Positions 58,061 to 64,000 of a DNA stretch of 64,000 bases are shown one piece after another. Source of the stretch: Acidobacteriaceae bacterium (GTDB taxonomy: Bacteria; Acidobacteriota; Terriglobia; Terriglobales; Acidobacteriaceae); assembly GCA_035505395.1 (NCBI GenBank), contig DATJQW010000001.1, positions 644 through 64,643 on the forward strand, in the 5' to 3' direction. The stretch's first letter is position 1. Every line of letters starts with the position of its first letter. The notes under the pieces are model-generated. The model was given only the letters and a program-made list of their open reading frames with translations, had not been told where the DNA came from and did not search any database. Position numbers and translations under genes: made by a program.

Positions 58061-58621
58061 ATGGCGATTCCCGCCACCCAGATGCGCCCGGGCATGGTCA
58101 TTAAGCACAACAACGACCTTCACCTCGTCTTCTCCGTGGAGCACCGCACCCCCGGCAACCTGCGCGCCTTCATCCAGGCCAAGCTGCGCAACATCCGCAC
58201 CGGCGCCATGTTCGTGGAGCGCTTCCGCTCCCCCGACCCCATCGAGCGCGTCATCGTCGACGAAATCCCCATGGAGTTCCTCTACAACGACGGCGACGAC
58301 TACTACTTCATGAACACCGAGAACTACGAGCAGACTCACCTGAAGCGCGACACCCTCGGCGACGCGGTCGAGTACCTCACCGCCAATCTGCAGATCAGGG
58401 TCTCGTTCCACGATGGCGTCCCGGTGGGCATCGAGCTGCCCCAGACCGTCGAGCTCACCGTCGTCGAGACCGAGCCTGGCCTCAAATCCGCGACGGCCTC
58501 CTCGGTCACCAAGCCGGCCAAGCTCGAAACGGGACTGGTCGTGCAGGTCCCCCCCTTCATCAACGAAGGCGAACGCATCCGCGTGGATACGGCCGAAGGG
58601 GCCTACCTGAGCCGGGCATAG
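58061..58621 (+). CDS. efp: elongation factor P
   Basis: Full-length EF-P pattern (...AKLRNIRTG..., ...VVETEPGLKSATASSVTKPAKLETG..., ...IRVDTAEGAYLSRA). AAGGAG Shine-Dalgarno. Trimmed to the Met at 58061. Confidence 0.95.
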   Translation: MAIPATQMRPGMVIKHNNDLHLVFSVEHRTPGNLRAFIQAKLRNIRTGAMFVERFRSPDPIERVIVDEIPMEFLYNDGDDYYFMNTENYEQTHLKRDTLGDAVEYLTANLQIRVSFHDGVPVGIELPQTVELTVVETEPGLKSATASSVTKPAKLETGLVVQVPPFINEGERIRVDTAEGAYLSRA

Positions 58622-58650
58622 CGTAGCTAAGCCGGCCGACCTCGACCTGA

Positions 58651-59265
58651 TTTCTCCGCCCACGCAGGCGCTGGCGCGGGGCACAAGGAACTCCGTTCGC
58701 GCCCTTCATTGGGCCTATCGCGGCATTGCTGCTGATCGCATTCGGGGCAGCGGCAGCGAGCATCTGCTTCAACGCTGTGAATCGATTGCCCATGGTTGCA
58801 GGATGGGATCGCCTGCTGCCGGCCTGGCTGAGCCGCCTGCATCCGCGCTTCAGAACACCGGTTGGGTCCATCGTTGCGGTTTCCCTGGCCACCTTCGCGC
58901 TGACGCTCTTCGGCAACTTCGGCGTGGGTGCGCAGGAGGCATTTCAGTTTCTGAACAACGAAGCCATCATCTGCTGGGCACTGGCTTATCTGGTGATGTT
59001 CGACATTCCGCTTCTCGCGCGGGGCGAAAAGCCCGCGCCGGGTGTCCGTCTGGCGGCTGTTTCGGGCGCCATCATGACGCCTCTTTACGTTGTTCTTTCG
59101 TTGTTCCCGATCGTCGATGTTCGCAACCCGGCGTCGTTCACAGCCAGAGTCATCACGGTGATCCTCGTCATCAACGGAGCCGGGGCGCTGTATTTCCGGC
59201 ATGCGGCGAGGCAGAGACGGCTGACGTTATTGCCGAGTGATGTGCCGGAAATTCCGGGAGGGTGA
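58651..59265 (+). pseudogene. C-terminal remnant of an APC-family amino-acid permease
   Basis: The frame opens 30 nt after the efp stop and encodes only the last ~200 aa of an APC permease (NAVNRLPMVAGWDRLLPAWLSRLHPRFRTPVGSIV..., then 4 TM helices and a basic tail). The N-terminal ~280 aa are absent. Confidence 0.65.
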
Positions 59266-59476
59266 CTGGCAGCGCAGGGCTCCCAGGCTGGGCCGCTCGG
59301 GAAACGTGAATTGAGCTAAATCCGACAACTCAGGGACTGCCGCACCGAGGCGGCTCACTCAAAAGCCGACTTACCTGAATCAATCTGAATTCGCCGCACA
59401 AAGACTCAAGGTGTCGGGTTTCATAGATATAAGTTGTTTCGACGAAAGCGGCGGAATGACGGGCGAGAATAAGTTC

Positions 59477-59505
59477 TTGACAATCCGACTCGCGAACACC
59501 AGAAT
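59477..59505 (+). promoter_or_regulatory. candidate promoter of the orphan two-gene cassette
   Basis: TTGACA (59477-59482), 17 nt spacer, CAGAAT (59500-59505), in an AT-rich spacer. Confidence 0.45.
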
Positions 59506-59595
59506 AACTGCCACCCAAATCGCAGAGCACCCCGGAGCTGCCGCGGTGCTTGCTGTTATCTAAGCCAATCTGAATGTCCAGCGAGGAGCGCGCGT

Positions 59596-61128
59596 ATGAA
59601 CACCGCCGCAGTTCCCGTCGGCCCTGGCACTGACCAGCAAAGCATTCCTTCAACCACAAGTACGGGTGGGGAAGCCTATAAGTATGCGGAAACGACCCGC
59701 CTGCTCTGCGCCGCCGCCTGGCTCGACAGCGGTTTTCGCAACACTGTTCTGAAGTGGTACCACGAGGACAACCGCCATCGAGCCACGGCTCCGAATTTCG
59801 GGGTCGATATGGCCACGGTGGTGCGGCAATGTGCTCGCGCCCGCTCCGCCCTCAATAGCCGTGAGGCGTGGCTGCTGATTCCCGTAGTGCTGGCCCTTCT
59901 CGCGCTGGCTGCCGCTCCGGTGCCCGGACTGGTGCTGGTGTATCTGGTGGGTTTCGCTATCTGCCTCGTTTACACCTCGCGGGCGCGCTCGGTCGCGACC
60001 AAGCATTTCATGCGCGGCAAGTTCAATCCCGATGCGCTGCTCAGCCAGGACCAGACGACCAGCGTCTCGCTGCGCGAAGCCGAAGCGGGTAATTGCCTGG
60101 TCTACAGCGGATTCACTCCATTTGTCGGTTCGGGCGAGAACATTGGCGGATGGTCCTTCGCCCTGGATCTCCGCAAGCGTGCCGACGGGAGCGGGGGCCT
60201 GCCCGCTCGCGATTCAAGTCAGACGGTAGTGGTCATGAACGGCCAACCGGGCGAGCGCATCAGCCTCGCCGATCTCTACGATCGCATCAATCGGGACATC
60301 GGCGACCTGCACCTCGACCGCGTTTTCATCGACGACAAGCTTTACATCAACGGCCGCGACATCCGTACCGATCAGCGCTTCCTGGGCGATCCGCTGGCGT
60401 GTCCGCGCAACCGTGTCACTCCCGAGGTGATGCAGCAGGCGATGCTCGAGCAGACAGAACAGAAGCTGCGCCATTACCGCTGCATCCGCGTAGTCGACTG
60501 GAATGGCGAGCAGGTGCTCTCCATCTTCCTCCGCTTCAGCAGGCTCAGTCACAACCTCTTCGTCGAGGCAAGCTACTTTCTGCTGACGCCGGTCGGCGAC
60601 CGCTTCCGCAAGATTGACTCGCTCGATTCGAGAATGACCTTCCGCCGCGCATGCGAGACAACGCTGCGGGCTGCCGTTGCGGCCCCATTCCTTACGGTGT
60701 GGGCGCCGTTCGCCCTGCTGCAGCGCGTGATGGAGATCCTCCAGGCATCCTCGAGGCGCGGACATGAAGAGAAGCTGATTCTCGACGACCCCAGCTTCGA
60801 CTACGGCGCCGCGCTGTCATGCCGCCAGTGGGCCAGCCCAAACCTCTACCGCCGCTACTTTCAGAAGCTGGACAAGGAGATGTACTTCAAGGTCCTCGAG
60901 AAGAACGTGCTCGACTCCATCCTGACGTTCCTCGAGGAGAACAATGTCGACGTCAGCGAACTGAAGCAGCGCCAGGCCACGATCCTCAACAATGGCGTCA
61001 TCGTCTCCGGCGGATCGATGACGACCGAGAACCTGGCGGTGGGAGAAGGCGCGAAAGTGGACAACCTCAAACAGAAAGTGACGAATATCGCGGCCCGCAG
61101 TGCAACGACGGGGAAGCGGGCCAGCTGA
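59596..61128 (+). CDS. hypothetical membrane-associated protein (2-TM hairpin plus ~370-aa unknown domain)
   Basis: GAGGAG Shine-Dalgarno. 510 aa with hydrophobic hairpin LLIPVVLALLALAAAPVPGLVLVYLVGFAICLVY. No family recognised. The C-terminal peptide NNGVIVSGGSMTTENLAVGEGA is shared with the next gene. Confidence 0.65.
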   Translation: MNTAAVPVGPGTDQQSIPSTTSTGGEAYKYAETTRLLCAAAWLDSGFRNTVLKWYHEDNRHRATAPNFGVDMATVVRQCARARSALNSREAWLLIPVVLALLALAAAPVPGLVLVYLVGFAICLVYTSRARSVATKHFMRGKFNPDALLSQDQTTSVSLREAEAGNCLVYSGFTPFVGSGENIGGWSFALDLRKRADGSGGLPARDSSQTVVVMNGQPGERISLADLYDRINRDIGDLHLDRVFIDDKLYINGRDIRTDQRFLGDPLACPRNRVTPEVMQQAMLEQTEQKLRHYRCIRVVDWNGEQVLSIFLRFSRLSHNLFVEASYFLLTPVGDRFRKIDSLDSRMTFRRACETTLRAAVAAPFLTVWAPFALLQRVMEILQASSRRGHEEKLILDDPSFDYGAALSCRQWASPNLYRRYFQKLDKEMYFKVLEKNVLDSILTFLEENNVDVSELKQRQATILNNGVIVSGGSMTTENLAVGEGAKVDNLKQKVTNIAARSATTGKRAS

Positions 61129-61140
61129 CGGAGGTGAAGT

Positions 61141-61509
61141 GTGCCGCAGGCAGCCAACAATCAGGGCGTGATCGTCTCAGGTGGCTCGTTCACCGCTACG
61201 AACGTGGCTACCGGAACAGGAGCTGCGATCCATACATCCGCGGCAGCTCCTTCTCCCGAACTCGATGCAGTCCGGGAACAGCTTGCGGCGCTGATGAAGG
61301 CGCTCGACGATCACGCCCAGGCACTGCAGAACCCCGCCGAAGTGAAGGAGTCGGCGCGGGTGATGGCTGCGGAACTGGAGAAGCCGAAGCCCAACCGTAT
61401 AACCCTCAACGGAGTATTGAGCGGAATCGCGCAATCGGTGAAGTCGGTCAGCGTGCTTGCGACAGCCGCCGAGGGATTGAAGATCGCTTTAGCCGCACTG
61501 TTCGCGTGA
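61141..61509 (+). CDS. small hypothetical protein sharing an N-terminal peptide with the tail of the upstream gene
   Basis: GTG start 5 nt after GGAGGT (61130-61135). 122 aa with N-terminus NNQGVIVSGGSFTATNVATGTGA, then helical-looking sequence and a hydrophobic tail. Confidence 0.6.
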   Translation: MPQAANNQGVIVSGGSFTATNVATGTGAAIHTSAAAPSPELDAVREQLAALMKALDDHAQALQNPAEVKESARVMAAELEKPKPNRITLNGVLSGIAQSVKSVSVLATAAEGLKIALAALFA

Positions 61510-61766
61510 TCTGCCGATTCCGAGTGCGGCACTCCGCCGGGCTCCGCACCCGACGCTGTAAAGCTCCGATTGAGCGTCCGCCCAGTTGCCAGGATGACTC
61601 TCGGAAAACGGCCCCGGTCCGGCAATCTCCTGCGGGACGTCAGCGAACGCCAAATCGCCGAGTCATAAGCTGATTGCCGAGCGATGGGAAGGTGGCGCGA
61701 TGAGCGGTCACGCCTGCATGCGACGGTCGTTCGTCGGGCAGGCGCTGCGACCCGGGCGGATGTCCC

Positions 61767-64000
61767 CTATTCCATACGCAGCGCCTGGGTCGGGTTGATG
61801 GAGGCGGCGCGGCGGGCGGGAATCCAGACGGCGACCAGGGCGACCAGGGCCAGCAGGATCGGCACCAGGGTAAACGTGGCCGCATCGTGCGGCGCAATGC
61901 CGTAGAGGAAGCTGGACGCGATCTTCGCCAGCATCCACGCGGCGGGCCAGCCCAGTGCCATCGCTGCGAGGGTCAGCGCCATGCCCCGGCGCAGGACAAT
62001 CCGCAATACCGCTGCCGGCTGCGCACCCAGAGCCATACGGATGCCGATCTCGCGCGTACGCCGAGCGACTGCGAAGTTCATCACGCCGTACAGGCCCACG
62101 GTGGCCAGCACCAGTCCAATTCCGCCGAAAACCCCAAACAGCATGGCGGCCACCCGGGGCAGCACGTAAGCTGCGCGCACGTGCTCATCCATGGTTTCGA
62201 GGTTGTAGACGGCCATGGCCGGGTCCAGCCGGTGCACTTCGCGCCGGAGCGCATCGGCGATCCCGGACGGATTGCCTCGTGTGCGCACGATCAGGGTGTA
62301 CCCCATCATGGATGGGTCGTTGGCGATGCTCTGATCGAGCGAGCGGTAAAGCACGGCGCGAGTGTCTTCGCCAATGGTCCGGGATTTGACGTTTCCGACG
62401 ACGCCAACGATCTGGTAGGTCGAGCCGCCGCCGTCGACACGCTGTCCGATCGGATTGGCTGATCCAAACAAGCGGTCGGCGAAGACTTTGTTCACCACTG
62501 CAACGCGAGGTCCGGTGGCGGTTTCGTGGCTGAAGTCGCGCCCCTCCAGGCGCGGCATGCCCAGCGCGTCGAAATAGCCGGGAGTCACCATGTAGAGATC
62601 CGCGGGGGAAGACGGATCGCCTTTCCCGGAGTGCCCGCTCACCGAGAAAGTGTCGCTGCGGTTGCCGCCGGAGAGCGGGGCCACGTCGGTGCAGACCGCC
62701 ATCTGGACGCCGGGCAGGGCGGCTGCGCGTTCGCGCAACTGGGCGAGAAAGGCGCTGATTTTGGCGGGCGAGTAGCCGTTCAGGCGCGGGTCCACCGACA
62801 AGAGGAAAACTCCGCGGGTGTCGAAGCCGATGTCGATGCGCGACGCGCTCTGGAGACTGCGGAGGAAGAGGCCGTTGACCGAGAGGAGGATGAGGGCCAT
62901 GGCGATCTGCGCCACGACCAGCAGATTGCGGGCGCTGAGACGACGGCCGGGGGCGGCGAAACCGGTCTCTCCTTTGAGCGCGTTTGCAATTCCGGGACGC
63001 GAAGCCGCCCAGGCGGGGGCGAGTCCCAGGAACAATCCGCAGAGCACGCTGAGGAGGAACGTGTAGGCGAGCGTACGGCCGTCGATGTCGACGCGCAGAT
63101 CGAGCGGGATGGGCGCCGGCATGCGGAGCGACGACAGCGCTGCGGTGGACCACAACGACAGCAGCGCCCCCATGGCCCCGCCGGCCAGGCCCAGCAGCAG
63201 ACTCTCCATCAGCAACAGGCGGAGCAACCGGCCGCGCGTAGCGCCGAGAGCCAGCCTCACCGCCATTTCGCGCTGGCGGTTGATAGCCTGGGCAAAGAGC
63301 AGGTTGGCCACATTGAAGCCCGCGATGGCCAGCAGCAGCAGAACGACAATCGAGAGCGCGCTGAGGAAGAGCAGCGTCATGCGCCGTACGAAAGGCGGCA
63401 AGGACCCCGCCTGCTCGAATACGAAGTGGTTGCCCTTGTCGGTGGCGGGATAACTCGCAGCCAGCCGAGCGGCGATGGTGCTCAGTTGCGCAGCCACTTC
63501 GTTACGGGTGACGCCGGGTCGAACGCGGCCGATGACCGAGAGCCAGTGATAGTCGCGCGAGTCGCGCGGAGGCAGGTTGGCCGCGAGTTGCGGGGTCAGG
63601 CCGAGCGGAACCCAGAACTCCGCGTCGATGATCTGGTCGATGCTGTGAAAGGCAGCCGGTGCAATTCCGGTCACCGTGAAGGTGTGTCCGGACAGGATCA
63701 CGGTGCTGCCGATGATGCTCCTGTCACCGTTGAAGCGGCGCCTCCACAGCCGTTCGCTGAGCACAACCACAGGCTTGTCGCTATCGGAATCTGAGAAGCC
63801 TGCGCCCATGACCATGGGCAGCTCGGCCACGCGAAAGAAGTTGGGAGTGACCCCCTGGCCCCAGACGCGCTCCGGCTCCGAGCCTCCGCTGATGGAGGCC
63901 GGGATCAGATCGAAATACGCGGCAACGCCGGAAAACACGGCCGCCTGGCTGCGAACGTCGGTATACACCGGCCACGGAAACTGATTGCAGCAGCGGTCGC
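61767..64000 (-). CDS. ADOP-family duplicated FtsX/MacB-type permease (5' end beyond the right edge)
   Basis: Two FtsX modules; C-terminus ...WIPARRAASINPTQALRME parallels ...WLPALRAASIDPTEALRTE of the 33625-36357 paralogue. The frame stays open upstream of the GTG at 63968 to the window edge. Confidence 0.85.
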   Translation of the reverse strand, partial: DRCCNQFPWPVYTDVRSQAAVFSGVAAYFDLIPASISGGSEPERVWGQGVTPNFFRVAELPMVMGAGFSDSDSDKPVVVLSERLWRRRFNGDRSIIGSTVILSGHTFTVTGIAPAAFHSIDQIIDAEFWVPLGLTPQLAANLPPRDSRDYHWLSVIGRVRPGVTRNEVAAQLSTIAARLAASYPATDKGNHFVFEQAGSLPPFVRRMTLLFLSALSIVVLLLLAIAGFNVANLLFAQAINRQREMAVRLALGATRGRLLRLLLMESLLLGLAGGAMGALLSLWSTAALSSLRMPAPIPLDLRVDIDGRTLAYTFLLSVLCGLFLGLAPAWAASRPGIANALKGETGFAAPGRRLSARNLLVVAQIAMALILLSVNGLFLRSLQSASRIDIGFDTRGVFLLSVDPRLNGYSPAKISAFLAQLRERAAALPGVQMAVCTDVAPLSGGNRSDTFSVSGHSGKGDPSSPADLYMVTPGYFDALGMPRLEGRDFSHETATGPRVAVVNKVFADRLFGSANPIGQRVDGGGSTYQIVGVVGNVKSRTIGEDTRAVLYRSLDQSIANDPSMMGYTLIVRTRGNPSGIADALRREVHRLDPAMAVYNLETMDEHVRAAYVLPRVAAMLFGVFGGIGLVLATVGLYGVMNFAVARRTREIGIRMALGAQPAAVLRIVLRRGMALTLAAMALGWPAAWMLAKIASSFLYGIAPHDAATFTLVPILLALVALVAVWIPARRAASINPTQALRME

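Noticed and set aside
59596-61509. Idea that the whole orphan cassette is a low-GC horizontally acquired island
   Set aside because: A coding line I hand-counted inside gene A (60241-60300) is 38/60 G+C (~63%), close to the host level. Only the flanking non-coding region is clearly AT-rich. Composition alone therefore does not show recent transfer, and the accessory argument rests on the decayed neighbour and the lack of known homology.

Overview
High-GC bacterial chromosomal segment, most likely from an acidobacterium. The taxonomic guess rests on two ADOP-type duplicated FtsX/MacB orphan permeases, a sedolisin-Ig giant protein, a choice-of-anchor-D protein and several Pro/Ser/Thr-rich exported proteins. 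I call about 66 densely packed protein genes. Most are housekeeping: cold-shock protein, queG, comF-like, aroK, heme O synthase, pyk, tpiA, glmU, efp, recX, an Hfq-like protein, IMPase, ferredoxin, hbd, trpG/pabA-type amidotransferase, an OYE flavoenzyme and Kdo hydroxylase. Regulators include two ECF-type sigma genes, zf-HC2 anti-sigma-like proteins, AraC, MarR, MerR, a GntR/MocR remnant and an HD-GYP response regulator. I found no rRNA, tRNA, CRISPR array, transposase or integrase. Many long ORFs in the six-frame track are antisense shadow ORFs typical of high-GC DNA, and several listed ORFs carry spurious N-terminal extensions that I trimmed to internal starts. The best leads are as follows. 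(1) An orphan two-gene cassette (59596-61509), next to a decayed permease gene, whose two products share a conserved Gly/Val-rich peptide (tail of A, head of B). (2) A promoter, multi-hairpin RNA and strong intrinsic terminator on the minus strand, upstream of a CYCXC / exported protein / Spy-like cluster; it looks like a riboswitch-type leader that I cannot assign to a known class. (3) A similar promoter-RNA-terminator unit upstream of the OYE gene. (4) An EF-P with Asn where the modified Lys/Arg normally sits. (5) A sedolisin-Ig surface protein next to a GT39 glycosyltransferase. All coordinates and motifs were read by eye from the sequence. No database search was possible.
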